Of a stretch of 29,200 nt of DNA, positions 12,277-24,984 are shown in pieces. The DNA is taken from assembly GCA_910592345.1 (NCBI GenBank), contig CAJVPI010000001.1:124001-153200 (forward strand). Direction: 5' to 3'. The position numbers were made by a program, and so were the translations under genes. Every line of letters begins with the position of its first letter. Within the stretch, counting starts at the first letter, position 1. The stretch is from Paraglomus brasilianum. Taxonomy: Eukaryota. Below the pieces are notes generated by a model, which did no database searches, was not told the DNA's origin, and saw only the letters and a program-made list of their open reading frames with translations.

Positions 12277-13933
12277 TTTGAGTGAGATTGTTATTTGATT
12301 TTTGCAATGATAAAATTATGCTTTCGATAATGCAGTTGCAATTCGATCGATTTTTTTAAGCGAAAACGTGTGCTGGCTTTATACCAATTTCAAAATTATA
12401 AACGTTCATTACTATTACATTAAATATACATTGTAATAGTAACAGTTGATTTGCCGTGCTCTCCTAATGATTTATTCTGGTGCTTTACCCATTGTTTCTA
12501 ATACAATACAGGTTTTGCTGGTCATGAATTTGTAGTAATTGGGGCACAGCGAACCAAAATCATCGAACAGTATATAAAGAATCTGTCCCGATTATCGATA
12601 ATTATTAACAATAATAAAGAAACGGACATTTGCTTTATGTTTCTAGTTTTCGTTTTTTTCTTAGTTCATTATGAGTTGCTGCTAATGTTCGTTTATTGCT
12701 TCGTATTTTTGGTTCTTCTTAATAAATTTCATAAGTGATTTTTTTTATCCAGATACTCCTATTGAGCACATATCATCTGACTTGCAATATTGACGTTACC
12801 AGGTTATTTTCCCTTCATTACAGGATGAATTTGAACAGCTCATGAGTAATTACGTCCGCAAGTGCAGAGTGGTACTACCTTCAACATCTCAAAACTCGTA
12901 GAAAAGACTTTATCCATAAATATGCTGGTTTGTGTCAGATGGCTTTGTCAGATTTGCACCAGAAATTTCCAAATGAAGGCTCAAACATCTTGCTTCAGTC
13001 ATGATAAAGGATGATTTTTTCGTGATTGATCACATTAATCGATCAGACTATTTTTTAATGCCCTGAAAAAAGGTTTGCATCATCAATACAGAACGATCAG
13101 GGACTAATCAAGTTTGTGCAACTGAATCTCTTGTTACGGTCGGGAATTAGGTGTGTTCACCGACCGGGGGATGTTAACAGGCTTAGCTCGTACCATCGCC
13201 CTTACTACAATGGTTGTACAATTAAGACTGAATTAAGCATACAAGCGACTTTAATTATTCATGCGCGCTTTTCACTCCCTATCCGAGTTTCAAACACTCG
13301 TGAATACAAATAAGGGTACCTCTGATAGAACAATTATTCTATCAAATAATTGAAGGGGAATAATACCATTTAAAAATAAACATGGCCATCTTCGATTTGT
13401 TTGTGACTAGTCGGTGTTCGTCACTTGTCTCGCTAAACTAATTTAACAATATTCGTCTTGATAATTAATTATGAACTCTCGTTCTGTAATTGATCGGTGG
13501 ACAGCTTACTAGCTTGATAAAAATCAATGATATTCCGTTACAGCTTAAGTGAGCCGTTTATTGGAGTGTCCGGCCTAATAATTAATTATTTCGACGATGA
13601 AAGAATAAATTATGTATATTAATATTGGTAATTAAGGATTTCAGAAGTATACTACTAAGATCAGTAGTATTATTGATTTATTTTAACAATTCAAACAACA
13701 CATCGGATTGACGATGGAAAGTAAGCTACTTATATATCTTCGAGCGTCGCAGAAAAAACGCAACGCTCTTTTGACTATTTCTAGAAGAACCAATCAAATA
13801 TGGACTAATTATAGCGTTTGTGCTGTCACTAAATTAATTTTTTTTGTGAAACTGAACTAAAGTTAGTGTCGCATGGTGTCTGCGGAGGAAGATTTTACCA
13901 TGTGACCTACTTATCTGATTCATCAGCTCGCCG

Positions 13934-14950
13934 TAACACTCTCCATAGTTCTTGCTTCACCACACCATACTGCAGTTGTACCTCCTCTGATGGAATGTCT
14001 GCTTCTCTTAAAAACCATCCCTCTGGACAATTTTCAAGCCTTTTACAAGAGTTTCACACTGCCAGCCATTATATATGGTGACAATACAATATCAGCACTC
14101 CTTTGATCTAATGGATCTTACAAAGGCACTTCCCAATTATTATAGATGGTGACAATACAATATCTATATCAGCACTCCTTTGATCTATCAGATCTTATGA
14201 AGGCACTTCCCAATTATTATATGTGTTTGCAGATGGTGACAATATCTATATCAGCACTCCTTTGATCTATCTGATCTTATGAAGGCACTTCCCAATGATT
14301 ATCTGCCAGTGCCCTATGTTTTGGACATTTAATGACTTCACACACTCTTTACTGGGCACATGAATGGCATCCAACAGAGCCAGAAGTGACTTTCTGCATA
14401 GCTTATTACATGAGTGTGACCCTGACTCAACATCATTTCATTTTCACAACTTGAAAGGTACCTCAAGATTGGCATTATCATTGAAGACTATGCCATCAGA
14501 AGGATTATTTTGCTGCCCCCCATTATAATTATGCAAATTGTCATGAGCAACTGACTGTTTACTGCACCTGTCAACATACCAAATTCACCTATAAAGATAT
14601 TTGATGAATTCTTGTTGCAGACCATCAAGCAAATGCAACCCATCTGTCCTGAGAGACTCCTTTGGACAAGGGTTACTTGCTTAATATTAAGAGAACTTAA
14701 ACTTGGCAGATACCATACTGCAAGGACCACAGCACCAAAAAAATCGACAGTTGGACATATCTTTGGTTTAGATGGATTATGTTGATGGTGATTTTGGCTG
14801 GGGTTGAACTTATGGATGAGGGCAAAAGATTGATTATGAGCAAATCATGACTGGGGATAAGTTGGACATTCCTTCAAGTAATTCGCCTAAATATAATATT
14901 TCAAAAGACTTCTTAATAAATCCTATTCAAAATCTGGCATTGGCTTATTG
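13934..14950 (+). mobile_element. Probable non-LTR retrotransposon (LINE) 3' relic
   Basis: Broken frames give HSFDLSDLMKALP, CQCPM...DFTHSLL and IFDEFLLQTIKQMQPICPERLLW, resembling the zinc-knuckle and C-terminal tail of fungal LINE ORF2. The region is strongly CpG depleted. Confidence 0.4.
14075..14296 (+). repeat. Tandem triplication of a ~71-87 bp unit
   Basis: ATGGTGACAATA...TATCAGCACTCCTTTGATCTA...AAGGCACTTCCCAAT starts at 14075, 14146 and 14233. Confidence 0.95.
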
Positions 14951-15329
14951 TATATCTCATAAAGTTGTTTTTTTTTAAAAAAATTCTAAACTGTTTATGT
15001 TTCGCATAGTTAATATATGACATAGTTTACAGTCTAAATAATAATAGTGCTTTATTTTTTATTCATCAGATCACTAAGCTTAGAAAGAAGAATATAGTGT
15101 TAATCTTGGAGTTTTGCGTTCTTTATTTGTTTACACCTATGATTAGTGTTAATCTTGGGCTATGTTAGCTTTGCTAAGACACTCCCCCAAAAAAGTAACA
15201 TTCAATCTGTGGACTCTGTGCATTAAAATTGAATACCATATTTATATGTGCATAATTGGTATGTCTGAAACCCATTTTTTTGTCTTCATAAGCACTACCA
15301 AAATATCCTTGCTTGCAAATAGCATAATA

Positions 15330-15404
15330 TGTTACAGTCACATCTCCATACAGTCAATACTTTTGGGGGAATGAAATAGGTGACTGTAGGGGGGTCTGAC
15401 TGTA
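15330..15404 (-). mobile_element. Solo pogo/Tigger-like end
   Basis: The minus strand reads TA-CAGTCAGACCCCCCTACAGTCAC, with internal TGACTGTA sub-repeats. Confidence 0.55.
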
Positions 15405-15739
15405 CATAGATAAAGTTTTTGACTGCTGCAACACCTAGGGTTAAGGACATGGTTTGAATAAAAAACTTTTTCAAGTGACACTTTATTGTGTTACACCGCA
15501 CAGTTACTCCAAATGTTGGATAATAATAACAAGATGTCAACATGCTGAGTTTTCGTGTTCTTTTTGTAAGACCGACGTGTTGGAACATTAATGTCAACAT
15601 TTGCTTATTTGATACAAAAAATTTTATCAACGCAACATCTTTAACTGTTGTTAACACCCCGATAAATCGATATTTTGCGTATCACTCATATTATCGATAA
15701 AAAAGAAAAAACTCGATCTACCGATACCCCGCTTCACTG

Positions 15740-15877
15740 ATAACTATAAGGAGATTTATTAGAGATTGTGGCTATAGGCAAGGTATTTTTTATATAAAAT
15801 GATTTTGGCACAAACTATTGGTGACTATAGGCAGATAGTGACTATAAATGGAGAGACTATAGACGTAGTTTACTGTA
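15740..15877 (-). mobile_element. Solo pogo/Tigger-like end
   Basis: The minus strand reads TA-CAGTAAACTACGTCTATAGTC, with repeated GTGACTATA units. Confidence 0.55.
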
Positions 15878-18800
15878 CAATACAAGGTGAATCTTAAATA
15901 AATATATCATGCCCAATTTTGCAATAGAACATAGTCTTTCTTAAATTGCGTATTTTAACATATAGTCGACGCCACCAAATTTGCAACATCACGTCTCATT
16001 TATAATTCGTGTGTGAAACAGAAGCACAATCTCTGGGGGGCGAAGGCTGATTATTGAAACAACTGCTGAATTAATTGCCTGAGGGTTGGCTTGATTGTTG
16101 CATCTTAATACCAGGGTCTAGAATCTAGTATAGTTTCAATCAGCTAACCTTAACATTGGAGAGTTTTGCAACAAGTTTGCTACTTTGCTTATGTTCTGTC
16201 TACTTTATAATTGGCATTGTGGGTTGAGTTTTTCTCACTAGACCGGCATATTTAGTACGTGTATTGCTCTTGTAAAAATTACTGGCTACTTTAACGTTTA
16301 TGGGGTGTGATACGTGTAACAAATAGAATGATCGACAGAACTTCAGGGGAGGGGAAAGTAAACAATTTATTCCGATAGCGGTACAATGGACAATTATCCC
16401 ATTGGAAAGTTTATTTATAGTTATTTCGATTAATTGTTAGCATTATTATTATAGAATAAAATTAAAGTATCAAACAGACTTGTTCCGCGTTCCGACATCC
16501 CACGTTCCACATACAACCGACGAAGCTAGCTTATGCCCCTCATCTATGAGATCAAGTTATGGTTTACTTTCATTATTCAACTATTGATCGTAACTTGCGC
16601 ATAGTAAAATACAACCTTACTCCAACGTCAATTGCAGTATTCGTTTGCAATAGATAGTTACTTTACCTCTTGTTTAGATCTGAATTATGTCGACAGCGAA
16701 TTGTAAGCTGGTCCGTCAACAACTCTGTATAAAAGTACAGACGGCCGGTTACATATGGTCTATGGACGGTATTTTAACATGCATGTTGAATAATAACATG
16801 TTCTCATTGACCTTGTGTGAATTAATTACTGCACTTGTATTAATATCGTACAATACTTGTGGAATTTTTTAAGTTTACGTTTAATATCGTGTGCACGCTG
16901 TAACAATAGTATGCAGGATATGCGGTTATTACTAATCAATTATTTAAACTCAATCGATACAATCAATTAATTATAAAATTAATTAATATAGACCTTTATA
17001 GTGCCATTTTCGATTTCTTTGGAGTGTGCGAGTCAAATCTTATCCGTGCAGATTACTTTGTGTAATTACAATTTTCCTAATTAGTATCAACGATAAAATA
17101 AGATTTGTTAGCGGTGAACCAAAAATAGTGTTACATGATTGTTTAATTACGCAACAAAGAACATGCGTAACTTAGACGGGGATTTTACAAAACAATTATT
17201 GCAAGTCGAATGACGTAACATTTCACTAACGAAATGCGTCAAATCAAATACCAGATTGAATGGTTCAATTACTCTTTGTAATTAGGTTTATTGCGTTTTG
17301 CCCCAAAATAAAATCGTTATTTGGTTGGTTAACCAAACAAAAGGAACGCATATTAATATTATCTGCTTTACTATCTAGATTGGAATTGTCCGAGCTTATA
17401 GATCATGTGCGGGATAACTAATTGTGTCATTCAAGCAATTGTCTTGAAACCTCCAACTGCAAAATGGTAATAATCGATAATTCATTTATTAATTTATTAA
17501 GTTAGATCCGCTCTAATTTGTATGTGATACTAATAGTGCGCTATATCCATAACCATGATTTGTATAGAGTATAAAGTATTAAACAAGTTCTTGATCTGTT
17601 TTGCATGTCCAAATAATCTGCATGTCATAGATCTGTTAATGCCGAGTCATTAAACAACGCTTATTTACGTACATCCACTTAAGATTTATCATACGTTTGT
17701 GCGCATCAATTGACAACATAGATGGTTTTATACTATATGGGGTGGTCATTTTATTGATCAACTGGACAACTTAATACAGGTGAATTGAATGAATGAAATG
17801 AAATAAAATAGAACTACTATTACTACTACTGATGAGCTGATAATAAAAAAATAATAATGATGATGATAATAAAGATAAAAAATAAAAAATAAAAAATTCT
17901 CTCAGAGAAAATAAGCGGCTTAACCCGTTCGGAAGATTTCATGGTGGCGTTGTATGATATCACCGATGGGAGCCTGCGAGAAAGCTATATATGCGTAGAA
18001 AGACAAGTGGTAAGTATACAGAACAGATAACATAGCATACATAATTTATTTACACTGGTTTATAACATACCGATTATATAGTATTGGTAGTACTGTGAAG
18101 AGTTTATTTACGAATTTACGTGGAGACGAAGAGACGAAGAGGGGTCGAACGAGGATCCTCGGACGTAGAAAGCGGAAGGTGACAGATAGGTCGTTAAAAG
18201 CGAGGCATGAGATTCGGTTGGTATTTAGCAGCAATGGTGAGTGTGAGATTGGAGCTATTACAAATTGTTGCTGCTTTTTTTTGCTCTTTTCAAAGTGGCT
18301 CTTGTTAAGTTAATTTCATAATAAAAAGGTTGAGACTTTTGTTGCCCCTACCGAAGTAGGACAATTGATTTCCACGATGCAAACGGAACGCTGCTTTTTA
18401 TAAGAAATTTTATGCGTACAAGATTCTATGTATGTTGGGACTGTTAGATTTAATAGCGCCACAACATCAACATACAGTATATAATTTATATTTATGCTTG
18501 CGTAAATTTACGTGACACTTGTAACAATAGCGATACAGTTTTTGGGCAAGGATACAGACAAAGCGTCTGTTGTCTGCGTCTAAAAGGAATCCATTATCGA
18601 TTCGAATATATTCTTCATTATTCGACGCTTTCTTCAAACGTCATCACTCATAAACAAAGTTTTTGAAAACTGTTTAACAGGTGCCCTTATTCATCAAGAA
18701 CAAATGCTTATTAATACAATTAATAAATACCGTATTTGAATGTCAATCTTTAAGCTATATAGAACAGACTTTTGTTCAATGGCATCACTTTTTCCGGAGT

Positions 18801-19327
18801 AATGTGTGTTATTAGTCATCTTAAAATAGGTTAATAAAGCCTTTTTTGTAACAAGAACCTATATGGCGTTTGTCATTCCATTCATTTGTCAGTTTTTTTC
18901 ACAACCATGTTATCAATTACCCAAACCTAAGCCTAATTAATCTGCTGCTCGTAGAACAGGGTTTTTTCTTGTTTTTTTTTTTTTTTAACAATCCCTCTGA
19001 AATTGAGTTGGACAAGAATTTAAGTTTTAGGATGAAAATATTTCATTTGTCAACTTGGTCAACGAATCTTATCCTTTGTTACTCACCGATCGATGGGAGT
19101 GAAAGTAACAATTTTGTGTACCACATCTTCACGGAACGGAAAAAAATTCGCAATGACGAGCCTCCGGAAATATACGTAATATGCGGTCTGCACCTCGGAC
19201 TTTGTCACTGCCCGTAACGATGGCGCACGTTTTTTGTGCAGTGTTGTCCATAGGACCAGTAATATTTTGTAGAACGTATATAAAACCTGAAGAGCCGAAT
19301 ATAATGCTCTTGATTAGAGTTGAACAT

Positions 19328-19470
19328 GTGCTTAATAAGAAGTTGTGATTATATAGAGGTTTTTTCTATAAGTTCAAATAATAATTGGTTCTCAAATATG
19401 GTGTGCTTATAAAGAGGATTTTATACGACGTGCTTATAGAGGGAGTGACTATAATGAGGGGTTGACTGTA
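19328..19470 (-). mobile_element. Solo pogo/Tigger-like end
   Basis: The minus strand reads TA-CAGTCAACCCCTCATTATAGTCACTCCCTCTATAAGCAC, with repeated GTGCTTATA units. Confidence 0.6.
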
Positions 19471-20050
19471 TACGTGTTTTGATTAGACATGAGTGTTTAT
19501 CTTCAGCGTCGACGTGGATGGGATCTCGTGCTTGTATTCGCGGTGGGATACGCGGGCCAGCCGAGTTGGAAGAAAAGAGATTATAGACGTGGTTGGCGTG
19601 TGATTGGATTGGGTGTTGTAGAGAGAAAGCAATTGACGAGAAGCGTGTCAGTAGAGATCCAGGAACGAAAGAAAGCTGAGCAGATTAGAAGGCCATACGA
19701 ACCTTGGACTATAATAAATGGATTGATCGAATAACAATACAAACATTGAGTGTGGGGATGTTGTTGTTGTTTCGACTATTTCCCCAATGTTTTGACATTC
19801 TGGCATGGACATGGCATCTTGTAGCAAACTATCAAAGTTTGGGAGGCAGAAGGCTTCCTGAAATTCCGGTCGTTTGGTCCATTAATGAAATGCTGGAATT
19901 GTTGAAATTTGGAAGCAAGTTTCGGATCGAGTGGCAAAGCTGTGAACGATGTGCGTAAAAGACTTCCTGAAATTCTGGTAGTTGGTCCATTAATGGTTAA
20001 ACAGTCTGCTAATGAGATTACAATTTAGATCATAGAATATTCGTACGAAT

Positions 20051-20766
20051 GGATGCCGAAGTAAACCGTTTTACAAGCACATCACTATATTCAAACATCC
20101 AATTCGAACTAACCTCAATTCTCGTCAATTTTCATACCACAGCCAAGAGTCGTCTTTTGTAATCCCCCCTCCTGCACGGCTTCATTTTCTCTGCTTCGCT
20201 CATATTATATCTTTTGCATGCCATCATCACGCGACTTTTGTGACGTTATTTGATGAACAAGAGGATTTTCCTGCGTGGCTTCATTTTCTCTGCTTCGCTC
20301 ATATGATATTGCACGCGCAAACTCCATGTGCGTGAACGCCTCACATCCCGGATGCAGAAGTAAAACGTTTTACAGCACAAGTTGCTTAAGCCGTGGGCAC
20401 CACTATATTCAGATATCCAATTCGAACTAACCTCAATTCTCGCCAATTTTCATACCACAGCCAAGGGTCGTCTTTTATAATCCCACTAACATTATGTTCC
20501 GTCATTTCTTTTCTTCCTCCGATACTCGTCTCCTTCATAATTTCATTTCTTCATCCTTCCCCCCTCCCCCTCCTGCACGGTTTTATTTTCTCTGCTTCAC
20601 TTATATTGTATTTTTTGCATGCCATCATCACGCGACTTTTGTGACGTTATTTGATGAAACAAGAGAATTTTCCTGCGTGGCTTCATTTTCTCTGCTTCGC
20701 TCATATTATATTGCGCGCGCAAACTCCATGTGCAAGGGTGGACGCTCACATTCTCGGCGTTGAAGT
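20051..20766 (+). repeat. Tandem duplication (~300 and ~415 bp units) with an internal repeat
   Basis: The units start GGATGC(C/A)GAAGTAAA at 20051 and 20350 and share CCAATTCGAACTAACCTCAATTCTCG and GCATGCCATCATCACGCGACTTTTGTGACG. An ATTTTCTCTGCTTC core occurs four times. Confidence 0.93.
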
Positions 20767-20953
20767 TGTTTCAGCGAATTAAATCTTTGTGCCCCGACTC
20801 GTTAACTATGAGAATCAATCAAGCAGTATGGAAACATAGTAAACAAAAAGAAGATGTTTGGCAGTGTTAAATAGTACAAATTAAAAAGTCGCTCTTTACT
20901 CACATTGGTATTTACTTGTCAATTTGCAGAAGTAACCTCCTTTGAAGACTTAC

Positions 20954-21260
20954 ATTTAATATTTAATCGACAGACACAATATTATATGGATCAACAATAT
21001 GTGCGCTGACCATGACTGCATTCTCAGCATCATTGATTGAGTGTGATACCATCTATAGAAAACAAAGGTAATTAACATTAAGATAATATGCAAGCTTTTT
21101 GGAGCGTATTCCTGAATAATCACCGGCATTAAGAGGCTGATCCCTATCGGCACAAATGCGAATTTCATTAATATCAATATCGTTGAACCTTCGGTATGAA
21201 AGCCTTGCATTATCGAGTTTCTGTATACTGTATCTTCCTTTATCATAATTACCTACATAC
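20954..21260 (-). pseudogene. Relic of a small cysteine-rich protein gene
   Basis: RFNDIDINEIRICADRDQPLNAGDYS is followed by a 99-nt exon (21052-20954, AG acceptor and GTAAGT donor) reading DGITLNQ*C*ECSHGQRTYC*SI*YCVCRLNIK. Confidence 0.35.
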
Positions 21261-22999
21261 CTACATATAATGATAACTAATGAATGTAAAATTTTAAAAA
21301 TCGTTCTTTCCTCGTTTCTGCAACTCATACCATCGTCTTGCATTTTCGACACACTGTTTATCGGTTGACTGGCTTCCATACTATTACTCCGGGGCTTTGC
21401 CAAAATCAAGGTTCCCTCTTTCGTCATGAATTCCTGTCATTGCATTCGCCAAGGTCAAATAAAAAAAGAATTCGACTAATGATTGCACTCATCGCAGATT
21501 GATGAGAGTGCAATGCTCAGTTTGAAGCATCATTCGAGGAAAGAATCCAATCTGGAATGTAGAAGACATTATGCGAGAGTTGGGTGAGGTGGATCATTTG
21601 AGCCTACTAACCAAATCGGTTTAATCCGCCTGTTTTACCCCGACTTGCGGATGTCTCTTGCAAACAACGACAGGTTTGTTCTTCCTTCCCATATGGTGTT
21701 GGGCTCATTTATCATCTGTCATGCCCGACGTTGATCAGAGTAGAGTTTCTTTTTGAGGGGTCTGTGCAACACGTGTGAATGACTCCTACGATCTTGACAT
21801 TAACGACAAACACGTGTTTTTAGACTAAAATGCTGTATGAATTGCTTATTTCACATTCTGATTATCGATGATATATTATTATTATGATAGCATCCGAGAT
21901 TATAAGGATGACCGCACTTGCTATTTATTGTAGATGTTGTAGAACAGAGAGGTATAGTCAGCATCTGACATGAATGAGTGTCATAATTACCGCAATGATT
22001 TCTATTTCGACCTTTGTATCTGGATAGCTCACGGTTTTAAGTAATGTCTGTTGTTCCTCAAGCAAGACTGCCACTAGTGAAATTTAGGATCAAAGCGTTA
22101 CTTGTTATCAATAAGCTTTGTTACGTGATCTGCACATTCGCGGCAGAATCGTCTGCTCACAATATTAGCCTTCAAATACAATTTACGGACTGATATTATA
22201 TAGCCATTTTACTAGACATTCTACATCTGCTTTTTGGAATGTTCGATCGCTTTCTAGTAGCACCAGAGAACAAATTGTACAACCGTCGCGTCATAATCTC
22301 CCACATTATAAATTTGCGAGAAAAGTTCGTACAAGCTGCGGTTCAGTCGACGCGTAAATTTGAGTGGTGGTGATAATCGTTGATGTCATTTACTGACAAT
22401 CGCCACTTTGTCTTTTTGACAGGGTTAATCAAAAAAGAGAAGAAACCCGTTATGAAAGTACCCAATGGTCCATTTATATAATGAGTGATTTGATTTTATG
22501 CTTAGATTATATGTGTAAAGACAAGCACCTGGATCGAGTATAATGATCAAATTTTGGTCACCGATAGTATGACCGCTCCTCTACTTCCCGAGTAATATCG
22601 GCAAAAAACAACAAACGTCGTCGTCTTTTCCGGGCGAGTCTTTCGGAGGTGCCGTATTTCAGCCGAACAATCATACCGCATTCAGAATACGCAAAACCTA
22701 TTCACGGCGACAAATTTTTTGAATTGGGTGACAAATTGGTGAAACTCATGTATTTTCCCAACCCACCAAGAGAGAAACTGCTCTAAGAATAAGAGGGAAC
22801 AGTTTTCTTTTATTTTGAACAATACGCTAGTCATGATTGTAGACGAAAGCTTTGAAAATACTGCCCAGGACATTATATTTTGCTTATATAAAATACCCGC
22901 ATAAAATTTGAAAAATAAAATTTTGGATAGTAATAGAGAAATAAAAATTTTTTCTGTAAATTTTTGTATTTTCATTGTCTATGTGCCAAACGATCTCAA

Positions 23000-24150
23000 T
23001 AAAGCATTAAGTATTAGCCATCAAGTCTAACGATGCTGAAAAGTCTTTCTCTATCTCGAATAATATGGCAATGCCCTAAAAACTGGCCATCACCACAACA
23101 AGATAAAGCCTTTGTTTTTAAAATCAATATGGGGACGAAAACTTAAAGTGTCAAGAATGGCTTTCAATAATGATTAAAGTCAACGATCATAGATCGATAA
23201 ACTTTATCTGCTTTTTCAGTCATTCCGCAGTCTCAATTTCTCGTAACATTTCTTTCCCTGAGAAATCTTAATGATTAACGTCAACGATCATAGATCGATA
23301 AACTTCATCTGCTTTTTCGGTCATTCCGCAGTCATATTTTTTCTCAATTTCTCGTAACATTTCTTTCCCTTAATGATTAATGTCAACGATCATAGATCGA
23401 TAAACTTCATCTGCTTTTTCGGTCATTCCGCAGTCATAACATTTCTTTCCCTGAGAAAATCTCGTGTCTTCTGCATATTCAGATTTGCTCGTTCCCAAAT
23501 TATGAACGACTTGGGCACGTCCAATCGGTATTCGATTAACAGCTGGCACAGTACGTGGAATCCGTAATATAAATAGCGTCTCGAACCAAATATAGCCCAG
23601 GGCATAAGCGGCAGATTACTACGCAAGCTACCATTCCTAGCTCACGCGAGGTATCCCCAATCGTATCAAATATGTTCCATTAGATCCGATTGTTGATGAA
23701 GAGATTAAGCCAGAGAAGAAATTACAAGCACCTTTGTATAACAGGTACGGTGGGACCCAGTAATAATCTCTTGAATAGCGTCCACGAACTGTGCTCTCTG
23801 ATTGCTTCTTGGATGGTCAAAAATGGTTCAAGTTCTGTAATGAAATAATAGATAATCGGGGCTGTTCATCTCTCCGCCCCTTGTCGACGACTGTCCATTG
23901 CAGAAGCATCCATGACGGCATCATATGTGCGGATAAATCATCCAACAATAAAGCCATATATACACTGTTATTCGCTTCTTTGTCTAACATTAAGTCGTCA
24001 CTGTATTTGTTATATTAAATTAGTTACAGACAAATAATGCAATTTCAAAAATGATAGCTAATAACCTACTTTTCTGTTAGCGTAGTCTCGCAAGCAGGCG
24101 TCAGAAGCATTACTGCAGGTTGCGTTGTTGTCGACGTTGTTCGCGCTCAT
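23000..24150 (-). pseudogene. Probable pentatricopeptide-repeat (PPR)-like gene relic
   Basis: Fragments RTYDAVMDASAM, DFLRERNV and DCGMTEKADEVYRSMIVD resemble PPR helices. There is a GTAGGT...CAG intron near 24000-24070 and many frameshifts. Confidence 0.4.
23168..23462 (+). repeat. Tandem triplication of a ~100 bp unit
   Basis: TAATGATTAA.GTCAACGATCATAGATCGATAAACTT.ATCTGCTTTTTC starts at 23168, 23269 and 23371. Confidence 0.96.
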
Positions 24151-24414
24151 ACCAGATGAGTGGTCAGGTGCTTCGAAACTGTCAAACAGATGTATGATTC
24201 GCAAGATATCACAACCTCAATCTTATCCTTGTTTCTGATAATAGTATATCGAAAGTAGCAAATAAGCCACAATATTAATACGATCGATCCTCTGGTTGCT
24301 AACATGTTACAAAACAGAAAAGACTGTTAGGGTTAGCCATCTGCGTGAGAATCTCAACAAGGATATAGTCACGTGGATGACACTTTTGGAAAACAGTATT
24401 ATGATTGCCATACT

Positions 24415-24527
24415 GGGGGTAGGCTAAAGCGGAGTAGTTTTTTTACAATTTCATTGGTTGATATACAAATTTGACCAGTGTAATTGCAATAATCAGATCA
24501 CGTTCTATTCCGCTTTAGCCATCCTCC
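24415..24527. mobile_element. MITE, 113 bp
   Basis: The ~23-bp imperfect TIRs are GGGGGTAGGCTAAAGCGGAGTAG and CTATTCCGCTTTAGCCATCCTCC. ATACT flanks both sides (24410-24414 and 24528-24532). Confidence 0.75.
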
Positions 24528-24984
24528 ATACTCGGATCAAACAATAATACAAACATTTCTGTATTAATAATTCAAAATTTAAGAACGCCATTTTATTCTT
24601 GATAAATGTTAACAAATAATACTGACAAATGCTACATGTGGTTTGAAATATAACTGTTCAAATTTTGTTATTTATATTATGAACAGAAATTTGAAACAGC
24701 CTTTTCTGGTAAAATTAATCCTAAATCAGGCCTATTTATTAAGGCTTTAACAAAAATGAAAATCTTTTATTACACGAGTAAAGGTGATCTCTAAAATAAA
24801 AAAATTCTCATAATTTTAGGGACCTCTCCGAGTGCTAAAATATCTCTCCCTTACCAATTTTAGTAACTGAAAACGTTACCAGATAGGTACCGATGAGAAT
24901 GAAACTGGACAGTAACTCTCAGACTACCAAGCATTATTTGATATGAACAGAGCCATCTTGGCATATATGGTTGGCACACTTGTG

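Noticed and set aside
12500..13320. Coding-like stretch
   Set aside because: No consistent frame or recognisable motif.
20954..21052. Selenoprotein with multiple UGA-Sec codons
   Set aside because: An in-frame TAA and a damaged upstream splice donor are present. CGA>TGA decay is simpler, and no SECIS could be identified.
21481..22700. Small hairpin at 21482-21514 and short protein-like fragments
   Set aside because: The short imperfect stem could be chance, and the fragments could not be assigned to a family.
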